Below are positions 49,001 to 59,309 of a DNA stretch of 64,000 nt, piece by piece (position 1 is the first letter of the stretch; every line of letters starts with the position of its first letter). Location: positions 513,210 through 577,209 of the forward strand of contig JAAEQR010000072.1 of assembly GCA_024231215.1 (NCBI GenBank). The letters are read 5' to 3'. The notes under the pieces were generated by a model. It was not told the origin of the DNA, searched no databases, and saw only the letters and a list, made by a program, of their open reading frames with translations. Origin of the DNA: PVC group bacterium. GTDB taxonomy: Bacteria; Omnitrophota; Gorgyraeia; B26-G9. Both the position numbers and the translations under genes were made by a program.

Positions 49001-49064
49001 CCTATTCTAAACTTTTCTTTTCTATCGTCTCCAATTTTAATTTATGGTATAATGATTTTCAATT

Positions 49065-49679
49065 ATGAAGGTGAATATTTTTGAGCAGATTAATGTTACT
49101 GTGCCTCAAGAGCGTATTTATAGCAGGTTAGGATATGCCAAAGGCAAGACACAGGTTTCGAAAGAGCAGATAGAGCAGACAGAGCAGTATATAGACCAAG
49201 CTCTATCGGTGATTACTCTTAAAGGTGCTGCTGTTCGTATTGATATTACCGATTTTTCTGATGCTTTGGTGTCTTTAACTAATGGTAGTGTATTAGCAAG
49301 CCGGGATTTAGCAGAGTTTTTAAGTGGGTCTAAGGAGGTTTTATTCATGGGAGCAACATCCGGCTTAGAAATTATGCGATTGATTACTGAGAATGCCGAA
49401 GGTAAAGATGTGACGGCGGCGGTGGTGTTTGATGCTGTGGCCAGTGAAATGACTGATGCTGCTTTGGGCTGGATGATGAATTACTTTAATAATGAATTGC
49501 GCCGGGAGAATAAAGTTTTGACTAAGCGTCGATTTTCTGCCGGATACGGTGATTTTGGATTGGAAAATCAAAAGTTGATCTGTGATCTTTTGGAAATGGA
49601 AAAACTGGGAGTAAAGGTTTCGGAAACATCGATCCTTATCCCGGAAAAATCAGTGACAGCTGTAGCGGGGATTAAATAA
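49065..49679 (+). CDS. Stand-alone B12-dependent methionine synthase reactivation domain
   Basis: RFSAGYGDF, LIPEKSVTAVAG; abuts metH. Confidence 0.88.
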   Translation: MKVNIFEQINVTVPQERIYSRLGYAKGKTQVSKEQIEQTEQYIDQALSVITLKGAAVRIDITDFSDALVSLTNGSVLASRDLAEFLSGSKEVLFMGATSGLEIMRLITENAEGKDVTAAVVFDAVASEMTDAALGWMMNYFNNELRRENKVLTKRRFSAGYGDFGLENQKLICDLLEMEKLGVKVSETSILIPEKSVTAVAGIK

Positions 49680-49681
49680 AA

Positions 49682-52081
49682 ATGAAAAAAATTCAGACAT
49701 TGTTAAATAAGAAGATTATTGTGCTTGATGGTGCTACCGGTACGGAATTTCAAAGGCGTGGGATGCCGCAGGGCGTGTGTCCTGAAAATTGGTGTGTGCA
49801 AAACCCGAAAATTACTCAGGCAGTGCATGAGGATTACGTTGCTGCGGGGGCTGATATTATCTATACTTGTACGTTCGGAGGTACTCGGCCGAAATTAGAA
49901 CAGCATGGGATAACTTCGGTTCGAAAGATCAATAAACAGTTGGCTGTTTTAGCCCGTAGAGCTGCCGGTGATAAGGTTTTGGTAGCTGGGGATATCGGGT
50001 CGACAGGTAGATTTGTTGAGCCTTTTGGTCCTTTAAAATTTAATGAAGCAGTTGAAATTTTTAAAGAACAGGTTAAGGGGCTTCTTGCCGGTGGTGTGGA
50101 TATTTTTGTTATTGAGACGATGATGGATATTCAGGAAGCGCGAGCCGCACTAATCGCTGTAAAAGAGCTCACCGATGCCTTTACTATAGTTAGTATGACT
50201 TATGAAAAAGATGGTAGGACCCTTAACGGAACAGATCCGATAACTGCGTTAATTACGTTGCAAAGTCTGGGTGCTGATGCTGTGGGATGTAATTGTTCTA
50301 CCGGCCCGCAACAGATGTTGGCTTTTATAAAAGCAATGAAGCCTTATGCAATAGTTCCTTTGGTTGCTAAGCCAAATGCCGGTATGCCAAAGCTATGTAA
50401 AGCTAAGACAATATTTGAGATGTCTGCACGTGAATTTGGCTGCTTTGGGAAAAAGTTTGCCATAGCCGGAATTAATATGATCGGAGGTTGCTGTGGTACA
50501 ACACCTGAGCATATCCGATTATTGAAAGAAAACATTACAGGTGTTCTTCCTCGTAAGCCAAAACGTATATCGATTAGTGCTTTAAGTTCAGCTCGAAAAC
50601 ATATTATTTTGGAAAAGAGAAAAACAGTAGCATATGTGGGGGAAAGGATAAATCCCACCGGGAAGAAGGACTTGCAGGCAGAGCTTCGGGAAGGAAAATT
50701 TTCTATTGTGCGCAAGTTTGCCAGAGAACAGCAGGCACAAGGAGCTCATCTTTTAGATGTTAATGCCGGAGCTCCGGGGGTTGATGAACGGAAGACATTA
50801 AAAGATATAATCGGTCTTTTAGCTGTCAATACTGAGCTTCCTTTGGTTATCGATTCTTCAAAAATTGAGGCGGTAGAAAAAGCACTGCGTTTATATCCGG
50901 GCCGGACTTTGATCAATTCCATATCCGGGGAAAAGACTAAGTATGAAAAATTGCTGGCACTAGCTGCTAAATACGGAGCTATGTTTGTGCTTCTGCCTTT
51001 GACTGAAAAGGAAGTTCCGCAGACGTTTGAAAAACGTAAAAAAATCATTGAATTTATTTTACGCAAAGCAAAATCATATGGATTTAGTAAGGATGATATT
51101 GTTATCGATGGTTTAGTTATGAGCATATCTTCACAGCCGAAGGCTGCACTGGAGACAATTAAGACCGTGAAATGGTCTAGCCGTAGTTTGAAATTGAACA
51201 CGGTTGTTGGGCTTTCTAATGTTTCATTTGGTTTGCCGGGAAGAGGATTGATTAATTCAACCTATCTATCTATTTTGCGTAGAAACGGATTGTCTATGGT
51301 GATTATCAATCCTTGCGTTGAAAGGTTAGCTTATAATAAAAAGGCAGAGGATGTATTGCTGGATAAAGATAAGGATGCTAAGAAATACATTGCTTATTAT
51401 CAGCGGTTCTGTGGTAATAAAACTTTGATTTCCAAAAAGAAAGCACTAGTTTCTTCTCCGGAAGAAAAAGTCCTACAGTCAGTTATGGACGGAAACCGGC
51501 AGGAGATGAAAAATCATGTTAAAGATGCGTTAGCTAAAGGAGTAAAGGCTGATTATTTAATTAATAAGGTAATGATTCCGGCGATTAATAAGGTCGGGGA
51601 TCTATTTGATAAGAAAGAATATTTTCTGCCTCAGCTTATTGCTAGTGCCGAAGCAGTAAAAATCGCGTTTGATTATCTAGAGCCAAAGCTAAAGAAATCA
51701 CAGGCAAATATAGCTAAAAAAACAATTATTATCTTAGCTACGGTAGCCGGAGATATTCACGATATCGGTAAAAATATTGTGGCTTTGATGCTGAAAAATC
51801 ATGGGTTTAATGTTGTTGATCTGGGTAAAGATGTTTCTACGCAGAAGATTATTCGGGAAATAAAAAAATACAAGTTTCCGATTGTTGGTCTTTCCGCACT
51901 AATGACGACAACTATGGTAAATATGAAAGAAGTTGTGGAGACTGCTAAAGCTGAGGGGCTTAAATGTCGTTTTTTAGTCGGAGGTGCTGTGGTTACCAAA
52001 TCTTATGCTAAATCAATCGGAGCTGAATATGCGGCGGATAGTGTCGAAGCAGTAAGAACTGCAAAGAGGTTAAAACGATGA
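49682..52081 (+). CDS. metH: B12-dependent methionine synthase (Hcy, pterin and B12 domains; lacks the AdoMet domain)
   Basis: LDGATGT, GCNCSTGP, GGCCGTTP, GERINPTG, GLSNVSFGLP, GDIHDIGKNIV, SALMTTT. Confidence 0.94.
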   Translation: MKKIQTLLNKKIIVLDGATGTEFQRRGMPQGVCPENWCVQNPKITQAVHEDYVAAGADIIYTCTFGGTRPKLEQHGITSVRKINKQLAVLARRAAGDKVLVAGDIGSTGRFVEPFGPLKFNEAVEIFKEQVKGLLAGGVDIFVIETMMDIQEARAALIAVKELTDAFTIVSMTYEKDGRTLNGTDPITALITLQSLGADAVGCNCSTGPQQMLAFIKAMKPYAIVPLVAKPNAGMPKLCKAKTIFEMSAREFGCFGKKFAIAGINMIGGCCGTTPEHIRLLKENITGVLPRKPKRISISALSSARKHIILEKRKTVAYVGERINPTGKKDLQAELREGKFSIVRKFAREQQAQGAHLLDVNAGAPGVDERKTLKDIIGLLAVNTELPLVIDSSKIEAVEKALRLYPGRTLINSISGEKTKYEKLLALAAKYGAMFVLLPLTEKEVPQTFEKRKKIIEFILRKAKSYGFSKDDIVIDGLVMSISSQPKAALETIKTVKWSSRSLKLNTVVGLSNVSFGLPGRGLINSTYLSILRRNGLSMVIINPCVERLAYNKKAEDVLLDKDKDAKKYIAYYQRFCGNKTLISKKKALVSSPEEKVLQSVMDGNRQEMKNHVKDALAKGVKADYLINKVMIPAINKVGDLFDKKEYFLPQLIASAEAVKIAFDYLEPKLKKSQANIAKKTIIILATVAGDIHDIGKNIVALMLKNHGFNVVDLGKDVSTQKIIREIKKYKFPIVGLSALMTTTMVNMKEVVETAKAEGLKCRFLVGGAVVTKSYAKSIGAEYAADSVEAVRTAKRLKR

Positions 52082-52371
52082 ATGTATTGGATAAGATTGT
52101 AATAGATGAGGTAAATATTAATACGTTTTCAATAGAGTTACCTTATGCGAAGCTTATTTTAGCAGCTGCTCCGAAAGGGTTTGTTATGTGCGGCTACCTG
52201 GATATTTCGGTTGCGGAAAAACTTAATGATGTGGCTTGTGTGGTAAGCGGAGTAGCGTCTGTGGAAGAACTTCTGGCTAAGCCGATAGTAAAGCTAACCC
52301 CCAGAGCGGAGCAAATGGGTATTTCGCTGGGGATCAGCGGCCGGGAAGCTTTAGAAATTATGGTTAAATGA
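52078..52371 (+). CDS. YunC/DUF1805 family protein
   Basis: KGFVMCGYLD, VSGV, GISGREAL. Confidence 0.85.
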   Translation: MNVLDKIVIDEVNINTFSIELPYAKLILAAAPKGFVMCGYLDISVAEKLNDVACVVSGVASVEELLAKPIVKLTPRAEQMGISLGISGREALEIMVK

Positions 52372-52400
52372 TTGATAGTACAGAGGATATTTGCTATACT
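52372..52400 (+). promoter_or_regulatory. sigma70 promoter of panB
   Basis: TTGATA-17 nt-TATACT with extended TG. Confidence 0.65.
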
Positions 52401-52420
52401 ATGAATCTGAGGTGGATTAT

Positions 52421-53263
52421 ATGCAAAAAAATAAAATGACGATTCCGGATTTAGTGCAAATGAAATCTAAGGCAGAGAAAATAACGATTTTGACAGCCTA
52501 TGATTTTCCTATGGCTAGTATTATTGATCAGGCGGGTATAGATGCGATATTAGTCGGAGATTCTTTAGGTAACGTTGTTTTAGGCTATGAGTCTACAGTT
52601 CCGGTTACAATGGAAGAAATGCTGCATCATATCAAAGCAGTTAAAAGAGGGACAAAACGGGCTGTTTTAATCGGGGATATGCCGTTTATGTCGTTTAATA
52701 TTAGTATAGAAGAATCAATTTTTAATGCTGGAAGATTTATTAAAGAAGGCGGGGCTGATGCGGTAAAGGTAGAAGGGGGTAATGGAAAAACAATAGCTAC
52801 CGTTAAAGCGATTGTTGAAGCTGGTATCCCGGTAATGGGGCATTTGGGATTAACGCCGCAGACAGCTTGTATTCTGGGTGGATATAAAGTACAGGGCAAG
52901 AATGCAGAAAAAGCAAAAGAAATTCTGCAACAGGCACAGGCATTAGAGTCTGCAGGATGTTTTAGTATTGTCTTAGAATGTGTGCCGGATAAACTCTCTG
53001 AGGTGGTTACGCAAAAACTGAAAGTACCAACGATTAGCTGTGGGGCTGGATCTGCTTGCGATGGCCAGGTGCTGGTTATTCATGATATGCTGGGAATGTA
53101 TGAACACTTTGTGCCGAAATTTGTGAAACAATACGCAAATCTGACAAAAGAGATCAGTCGGGCAACTCAGGATTATATCCAGGAAGTACGTCAAGGTAAG
53201 TATCCGGGGCAGGAACATATTTTTAACATGGATCAGGAAGAAGTGGAAAAATTGGGGTGTTAA
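52421..53263 (+). CDS. panB: 3-methyl-2-oxobutanoate hydroxymethyltransferase
   Basis: LTAYD, LVGDSLG, DMPF, VKVEGG, GHLGLTPQ, DGQVLV. Confidence 0.96.
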   Translation: MQKNKMTIPDLVQMKSKAEKITILTAYDFPMASIIDQAGIDAILVGDSLGNVVLGYESTVPVTMEEMLHHIKAVKRGTKRAVLIGDMPFMSFNISIEESIFNAGRFIKEGGADAVKVEGGNGKTIATVKAIVEAGIPVMGHLGLTPQTACILGGYKVQGKNAEKAKEILQQAQALESAGCFSIVLECVPDKLSEVVTQKLKVPTISCGAGSACDGQVLVIHDMLGMYEHFVPKFVKQYANLTKEISRATQDYIQEVRQGKYPGQEHIFNMDQEEVEKLGC

Positions 53264-53286
53264 GATAAACGAAAGGAGGAGGGTGT

Positions 53287-53961
53287 ATGGATACATTGTT
53301 TTTTGACCCGGCAAGGGAGATGCTGGAAAAGATTGTCGGCTTTGTCTCCTTGGGAATTGTAGCATTACTGGTAGTTATTATTGGTTGGGTGATATCTAAA
53401 GGGGTTCGTAGTTTAGTCTCTCGTCTTTTAAAGGCAATAAAGCTGGATAAACTTTCTGAAAGAGCGGGGATTGCCAAATTTTTGTCCAAAGGTGAAATCA
53501 AATATAATCTATCTGACTTAATCGCATTGATTATCTACTGGCTGCTGATGCTGATTGTGCTTATGGTTACGGCTAATGTATTAGGATTAACTACAGTGGC
53601 TGAATTGATGGACAAAATTGTAATCTATATACCGAATGTTATTGCCGCATTGATCATTTTAGTTATCGGTGCGTTATTTGCTGTGTTTTTAAGAAAGGTA
53701 GTTGAGACCACAGCGAAAAATGCCGGGCTTACTCATGCTAAAGGGATGGGAATGCTTACGCATACAATAATCGTTGTATTTGCGGTGATTATTGCTTTAG
53801 AGCAGTTGAAAATTGGGATTACAGTGCTTTCCCAGTTTATTACGATAATTTTAGGGTCAATTGGCTTAGCTTTAGCCTTGGCTTTTGGTCTTGGGTGCAG
53901 AGATATTGCGGGTAAGACTATGCATGATTTTCTGGAAAAGACAAGATTTAAGCATAAATAA
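53287..53961 (+). CDS. CmpX-like / MscS-associated conserved TM-helix membrane protein
   Basis: Repeated TM helix YIPNVIAALIILVIG, ALEQL, ALAFGLG; no MscS beta domain. Confidence 0.8.
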   Translation: MDTLFFDPAREMLEKIVGFVSLGIVALLVVIIGWVISKGVRSLVSRLLKAIKLDKLSERAGIAKFLSKGEIKYNLSDLIALIIYWLLMLIVLMVTANVLGLTTVAELMDKIVIYIPNVIAALIILVIGALFAVFLRKVVETTAKNAGLTHAKGMGMLTHTIIVVFAVIIALEQLKIGITVLSQFITIILGSIGLALALAFGLGCRDIAGKTMHDFLEKTRFKHK

Positions 53962-53973
53962 CAGGATTATTGC

Positions 53974-54031
53974 TCAGTACTCAGGATACAGCGTACAGAA
54001 AGAGAAAGTTATTTCTGTGTACTGTATCCTG
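53974..54031. repeat. Heptamer-periodic inverted repeat (hairpin)
   Basis: TCAGTAC TCAGGAT ACAGCGT ACAGAAA ... TTTCTGTGTACTGTATCCTG; a ~20-bp stem with G:U pairs and one mismatch. Confidence 0.65.
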
Positions 54032-54066
54032 TTTAATGTTACCTATTGAATATTAAGAGGTGATCC

Positions 54067-54999
54067 ATGAAGATCATAGTTGTTGGTCCAGGAGCAATCG
54101 GGTGTTTGTATTCGGCTTTTTTAGCTAGAAAAAAACAGGCAGAGGTTTGGCTTTTGGATAAAAATACTCGCCGGGCGAAAAGGATTAATGAATCGGGAAT
54201 AAAGGTTACTGGTATTAGTGGTGACTTTAAGGTAAAAGTAAATACTACCGCATCGGTTAATGATATTAAGTCATGTGATTTGGCTATAATCTGTGTTAAA
54301 TCCTATGATACTGAAATTGCGGTTAAAAGGATTAAATCATTAATCGGGAAAGATAGTAATGTTTTAACTTTGCAAAACGGTTTGGGTAATTTTGAAACTA
54401 TCGGAGAAATAGTTGGTCGGGATAAAGTTTTTGGTGGTGTTACTTCGCAGGCAGCGACTCTTTTGGCAGAGGGTCAGGTTCATCATGCGGGAACAGGAGA
54501 GACAAACATCGGTCGGGTAGATAAAAAACTTACCGTAGCTATGCGGCATATACGGGAAGTTTTCAACCATTCGGGAATAGCGACAAAACTTTCCAAAGAT
54601 ATAAATAGTTTAATTTGGAGTAAATTAATTATTAATACCGGGATTAATGCCCAGACAGCTCTTACTCGCTTATCCAACGGAAAACTTATAGAATTTTCCG
54701 GGACCAGAGAGATACTGACGATGGCGGTATCTGAGGCTGTGCGTGTGGCTAAGAAGAAGAGAATAAAGCTTATTTATGATGATCCGATTCAAAAAGTTGA
54801 ATCGGTGTGTCGTTCAACTTCGGAAAATATTTCTTCTATGTTGCAGGATGTATTAAAAAAAAGGCAAACAGAAATAGATTATATAAATGGAGCGATTGTG
54901 CGTCAGGCTCAAAGCTATGGTCTTCCTGCTCCGGCTAATTTTATGCTGACGTATTTAATTAAGACGATAGAGGCTTCATATGATAAACAGGTTAAATAA
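54067..54999 (+). CDS. panE: 2-dehydropantoate 2-reductase
   Basis: GPGAIG, VKSYD, LQNGLG, WSKLIIN, SSMLQD, TEIDYING. Confidence 0.94.
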   Translation: MKIIVVGPGAIGCLYSAFLARKKQAEVWLLDKNTRRAKRINESGIKVTGISGDFKVKVNTTASVNDIKSCDLAIICVKSYDTEIAVKRIKSLIGKDSNVLTLQNGLGNFETIGEIVGRDKVFGGVTSQAATLLAEGQVHHAGTGETNIGRVDKKLTVAMRHIREVFNHSGIATKLSKDINSLIWSKLIINTGINAQTALTRLSNGKLIEFSGTREILTMAVSEAVRVAKKKRIKLIYDDPIQKVESVCRSTSENISSMLQDVLKKRQTEIDYINGAIVRQAQSYGLPAPANFMLTYLIKTIEASYDKQVK

Positions 55000-55026
55000 A
55001 CAGTTTACAGGTGGAGAAATATAAAA

Positions 55027-56118
55027 ATGAGTAAAAGGGTATTTATAGCGGCAACACATCAGAATGATGGAAAGACGACAGTAAGTCTTGGACTGATTTA
55101 TTGCTTGAAAAAGATGTTTGGAGATGTTGGTTTTATTAAACCGGTAGGACAGCGGTATCTAATTGAGCAAGGGTATAAGGCAGATGAGGATTCTATTCTT
55201 ATTGAGCATGTTTGCAAGATGAAGACGCCTATAAAAGATATGAGCCCGATTGCCGTGGAACGCGGCTTTACGGAAAATTATATTAAAAAACCTGAGAAGG
55301 CAAAGCTGGTAAAACAGATAAAAGAATCTTATCAGAAGATCGCTAAAGATAATGACTTGGTGGTTATTGAAGGGACTGGGCATGCCGGCGTTGGCGGTGT
55401 ATTTGATCTGTCGAATGCCGCAGTAGCAAAGTTGTTAAAAGCAAAAGTTATCTTGATCTCTTCCGGAGGTATTGGACGTCCCATAGATGAAATTTTACTG
55501 AACAAAGCTCTTTTTGATAAAGAAGGGGTAGAGATAATGGGTGTAGTTATTAATAAAGTTTTGCCCCAAAAATATAAAAAGATTGATTCTCTTGTGCGCA
55601 AGGGATTAGCCAGAAAGGGATTAAAGGTATTAGGTATGATCCCGTATGATCCGGTGCTTAGTAAGCCGACGATTGGGCAGATAAAAGCAGAATTAAAAGC
55701 TCAGGTTTTATATGGAGCTACATATTCGGATAATGTGGTGGAAAAAATTGTTATTGGAGCCATGGAACCGCATGATGCATTAGACTATATTGATGATAAG
55801 AGCCTGGTTATTACTCCTGGAGATAGGGAAGATATTATTTTAACTGCGTTGAGTATGCATTTGATTTACGGAGATAACGGTCCTTCGGTGTCCGGATTGA
55901 TCTTGACCGGAGGAATTAGTCCTCATCCTTCGGTTTTGAACCTTGTTAAATGTGCTGATATTCCGGTGCTTTTGGTAAAGGAAGATACATATAATATTGC
56001 CTCGCGTGTACATGATTTAACAGTTAAGATTCGTCCTAAAGATAAAACCAAAACAAATCTGGTTATTGATATGGTAAATAAATATGTAAATATTGATGAA
56101 ATAGTGAAAGCGTTATAA
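55027..56118 (+). CDS. BioD-like ATPase + DRTGG domain protein (Pta N-terminal-like, no catalytic Pta domain)
   Basis: DGKTTVSLG, FIKPVG, IEGTGH, GVVINK, GAM, ITPGDRED, ILTGG. Confidence 0.85.
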   Translation: MSKRVFIAATHQNDGKTTVSLGLIYCLKKMFGDVGFIKPVGQRYLIEQGYKADEDSILIEHVCKMKTPIKDMSPIAVERGFTENYIKKPEKAKLVKQIKESYQKIAKDNDLVVIEGTGHAGVGGVFDLSNAAVAKLLKAKVILISSGGIGRPIDEILLNKALFDKEGVEIMGVVINKVLPQKYKKIDSLVRKGLARKGLKVLGMIPYDPVLSKPTIGQIKAELKAQVLYGATYSDNVVEKIVIGAMEPHDALDYIDDKSLVITPGDREDIILTALSMHLIYGDNGPSVSGLILTGGISPHPSVLNLVKCADIPVLLVKEDTYNIASRVHDLTVKIRPKDKTKTNLVIDMVNKYVNIDEIVKAL

Positions 56119-56133
56119 ACGATAAATGAAAGA

Positions 56134-57201
56134 ATGAAAAATATATTAGTTATAAATCCATTTGGAATAGGCGATGTTTTATTTACTACGCCTGTGCTTC
56201 GGGCTTTAAAAAAAGAATATCCAAAGAGTTTTGTTGGATACTTGTGTAACCGTCAGGTTGCCGCGTTGTTGCAGGATAATCCAGATGTTGATGAGCTTTT
56301 ATTTTTTAGTCGGGGAGATTTTAAAAAGGCAAAAAAAGAGTCATTTATTAAGGGAGTAAGTTTTCTTTTTCGTGCGTTTTGTCGGCTTCGGAGTTTGAAA
56401 TTTGATATTGTGGTAGATTTGTCTCTAGTGAGCCAGTACAGTGTATTGATGTGGTTTTTAGGTGTTAAAGAGAGATGGGGATTTGATTATCGTAATAGAG
56501 GTCGGTTTCTAACTCATAAGGTCAAAATCAACGGTTTTCAGGATAAACATGTTACGGAATATTACCGTGATTTACTTTTGCGGATGAACATAAAAGATTT
56601 TGAATCTAATCTTAAAGTTAATGTTAATCGCCGGGAGGAAGAGTGGGCGGATGAGTTTTTGAAACTAAAAGGAGTTCATCCTGATGTTTTGCTTATCGGG
56701 ATTTCTCCTTTTGGCGGAAAAAGCTGGGGACCGGACGCGGCTAGTAAACAATGGCCCCAAGAGCGGTTTGCCCGGGTAGCGAAACAGCTTATTGAAAAAC
56801 ATAAAGCAGTAGTTGTTTTTCTGGGCGTAAAAGATGAAAAAAAATCAATTGAAAATATTTGTCGGATTATTGATTCTCAATCGGTGATTAATGCCGCAGG
56901 AGAAACTGATTTAACCCAGTTGTCTGCGTTGATTAGTTGTCTGGATGTGTTTATTGGTAATGACAGCGGGACTTTACATATTGCAGCGGCTTTAGGCGTA
57001 AAGACAGTAGCTCTTTTCGGGGCTGTGGATGAACGTGTATATGGCCCGGTAACTTCCAAAAAGAATCAGGTGGTTGTAAGTTCTCAATCGCAATGCCGGC
57101 CTTGCTATAAAGATTTTAAAAAACCTGTGTGTCGCACAATGGAATGTCTATTGAATATAACAGAAAAAAATGTATTAGATGCTGTGGAGAAGATATTATG
57201 A
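56134..57201 (+). CDS. GT9 LPS heptosyltransferase-like
   Basis: GIGDVLFTTP, KQWP, GETDL, GNDSGTLHIAAALG, CRPC..C. Confidence 0.9.
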   Translation: MKNILVINPFGIGDVLFTTPVLRALKKEYPKSFVGYLCNRQVAALLQDNPDVDELLFFSRGDFKKAKKESFIKGVSFLFRAFCRLRSLKFDIVVDLSLVSQYSVLMWFLGVKERWGFDYRNRGRFLTHKVKINGFQDKHVTEYYRDLLLRMNIKDFESNLKVNVNRREEEWADEFLKLKGVHPDVLLIGISPFGGKSWGPDAASKQWPQERFARVAKQLIEKHKAVVVFLGVKDEKKSIENICRIIDSQSVINAAGETDLTQLSALISCLDVFIGNDSGTLHIAAALGVKTVALFGAVDERVYGPVTSKKNQVVVSSQSQCRPCYKDFKKPVCRTMECLLNITEKNVLDAVEKIL

Positions 57202-58319
57202 AAATTCCTTTTATTGATGTTAATAATCAGAACCATCTTTTAAAAAAAGAATTACTAAATTCTTTAAAAGGTGTTTTAGAGTCCGGTGATTTTATTCTTG
57301 GTAAGCAGGTACGGCTTTTTGAATCAGAGTTTGCCAAATATTGCGATTGTCGCTATGCTGTAGGCTTAAATTCAGGAACAGATGCTTTATTTTTGGCTTT
57401 GCTGAGTTTAGGTGTTGGGCCTGGGGATGAGGTTATTTGTCCGGTATATACGTATATTGCTACGGCTTTGAGCATTTCTTATACCGGAGCCAAGCCTGTA
57501 TTTGTGGATATAGATGCAAGGACATTTAACATCGATTCTAATGCAGTAGAAAAGAAAATAACAAAGAAAACCAAGGCGATAATTCCGGTTCATCTTTATG
57601 GTCAGCCGGCAGATATGGGTACAATTTTGGCTATTGCCAGAAAATATAAAATTGTGGTGATCGAAGACGCAGCCCAAGCACAAGGGGCTATGTGGAAAAA
57701 TAATAAAAATCAATGGAAAAAGGTTGGTTCAATTGGAGATATTGGCTGTTTCAGTTTCTATCCGACTAAAAACTTAAGCGGATGTGGTGACGGAGGTATG
57801 GCCGTTACGAATAAGAAAAAGATATATGAGCGTTTGTTGATGTTGAGAGATCAGGGGAGGAAAGGGAAAAATCGTTATTTACATTATATCAAGGGATACA
57901 ATTCACGGCTTGCTTCTATGCAGGCTGCTATTTTGAGAATCAAACTTAAAACTTTAGATCGGGAGAATAAACTGCGTAGAGAGAATGCAAAATTCTATTC
58001 AAAGTTATTAAATGATTGTGGCGGGATTACAGTTCCTTATGTGTCTGCTTCCTTAAGACATGTGTACCATATCTATGCGGTGTTATTAAATAAAAGCAGG
58101 AAAATTTCTGAGCAGTTGCGTAGAAAAGATATTTATACCAGTAAAGTTTATAATCTCTCTTTGCATTTGCAGCCGGCATATAAAGAGTTGGGGTATAAAA
58201 GAGGTGATTTCCCGGTAGCAGAGAAGATTTCACGAGATGTCTTGTGTTTGCCAATGTATTCACAGCTATCACAGAAACAGATTGAATTTCTGGTTAATGT
58301 ACTTAAAAAATTAGTATGA
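57198..58319 (+). CDS. DegT/DnrJ/EryC1/StrS PLP-dependent sugar aminotransferase
   Basis: NSGTDAL, PVHLYGQ, IEDAAQA, FSFYPTKNL, GYNSRL. Confidence 0.92.
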   Translation: MKIPFIDVNNQNHLLKKELLNSLKGVLESGDFILGKQVRLFESEFAKYCDCRYAVGLNSGTDALFLALLSLGVGPGDEVICPVYTYIATALSISYTGAKPVFVDIDARTFNIDSNAVEKKITKKTKAIIPVHLYGQPADMGTILAIARKYKIVVIEDAAQAQGAMWKNNKNQWKKVGSIGDIGCFSFYPTKNLSGCGDGGMAVTNKKKIYERLLMLRDQGRKGKNRYLHYIKGYNSRLASMQAAILRIKLKTLDRENKLRRENAKFYSKLLNDCGGITVPYVSASLRHVYHIYAVLLNKSRKISEQLRRKDIYTSKVYNLSLHLQPAYKELGYKRGDFPVAEKISRDVLCLPMYSQLSQKQIEFLVNVLKKLV

Positions 58320-58377
58320 TAAAGATGATATTATTAATCAGATAAAGTGTTATAATAACTCGTGGAGGAAATAAAAA

Positions 58378-59292
58378 ATGTTTGATATGGTAATTATCGG
58401 AGCGGGGCCGGCGGGATTGACTGCGTGTTTATACGCTTTGCGTTCCCGGCTGGATGTTTTGATGGTGGATAAAATGCAGATAGGTGGAGGCTTGGGCTAT
58501 ATCCAGAATCTGGAGAATTATCCAGGATTCCCGGATGGGATTAGTGGTTTAAAATTGGCGGATGATATCTTGGCGCAATTGAGAAGTTATGAATTTAAAT
58601 TTTTGCCGATAAATGTAAGTCAGATTAGCGGTGCCGATAAATCATGGCAGTTAGAAGCTAGCGGAGAAAAAATAATAACGAAAAGTACAATTGTAGCTAT
58701 AGGCGCAGAGCCCAAAAAATTAGGAGTTCCGGGGGAGGAGACATTTATCGGAAAAGGTGTGTCCTATTGTGCGGTATGTGATGCTTTATTTTTTAGGGAG
58801 AAGAATGTTGTGGTGGTTGGTGGTGGTAATGCGGCATTGGAAGAAGCAATGTACTTGACTAAATTTGCCAGTAGTGTTACGATTGTTCACCGCAGAGATA
58901 AATTCAGGGCAGATGAGGTCTTACAGGAGCGGGTTCGGGATAATTCAAAAATAAAGTTTGAAATGAACGCAGTGTGTGAGGAAGTAGTAGGAGCTCAGAC
59001 AGTAAATGCTGTAAATATAAAATACAAAGATGGAACCCAGAAACAAATAGTGTGCGACGGGGTTTTTATTTTTATCGGGACAAGTCCGAAAACAGGTTTT
59101 TTGCCGGATGTGGTTAAAAAAGATCCGGATGGATACATCCTTACGGATGAAAATATGAAGACATCCGCGGAGGGTATATATGCTTGCGGGGATTGTAGGG
59201 TAACCTCATTGCGCCAGGTTGTAACTGCTTGCGGAGAAGGGGCGGTTGCTGCGTATTCTGCGCAAAAGTATTTAGATGGTAGTAACTTGTAG
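58378..59292 (+). CDS. trxB: Thioredoxin reductase
   Basis: GAGPAG, ENYPGF, GVSYCAVCD, GGGNAALEEA, HRRD. Confidence 0.95.
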   Translation: MFDMVIIGAGPAGLTACLYALRSRLDVLMVDKMQIGGGLGYIQNLENYPGFPDGISGLKLADDILAQLRSYEFKFLPINVSQISGADKSWQLEASGEKIITKSTIVAIGAEPKKLGVPGEETFIGKGVSYCAVCDALFFREKNVVVVGGGNAALEEAMYLTKFASSVTIVHRRDKFRADEVLQERVRDNSKIKFEMNAVCEEVVGAQTVNAVNIKYKDGTQKQIVCDGVFIFIGTSPKTGFLPDVVKKDPDGYILTDENMKTSAEGIYACGDCRVTSLRQVVTACGEGAVAAYSAQKYLDGSNL

Positions 59293-59309
59293 ATAGAAGA
59301 TAGTTGATA

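Noticed and set aside
49000-49065. Cobalamin riboswitch upstream of the metH genes
   Set aside because: The spacer is only ~64 nt, AT-rich, and lacks a B12 box.
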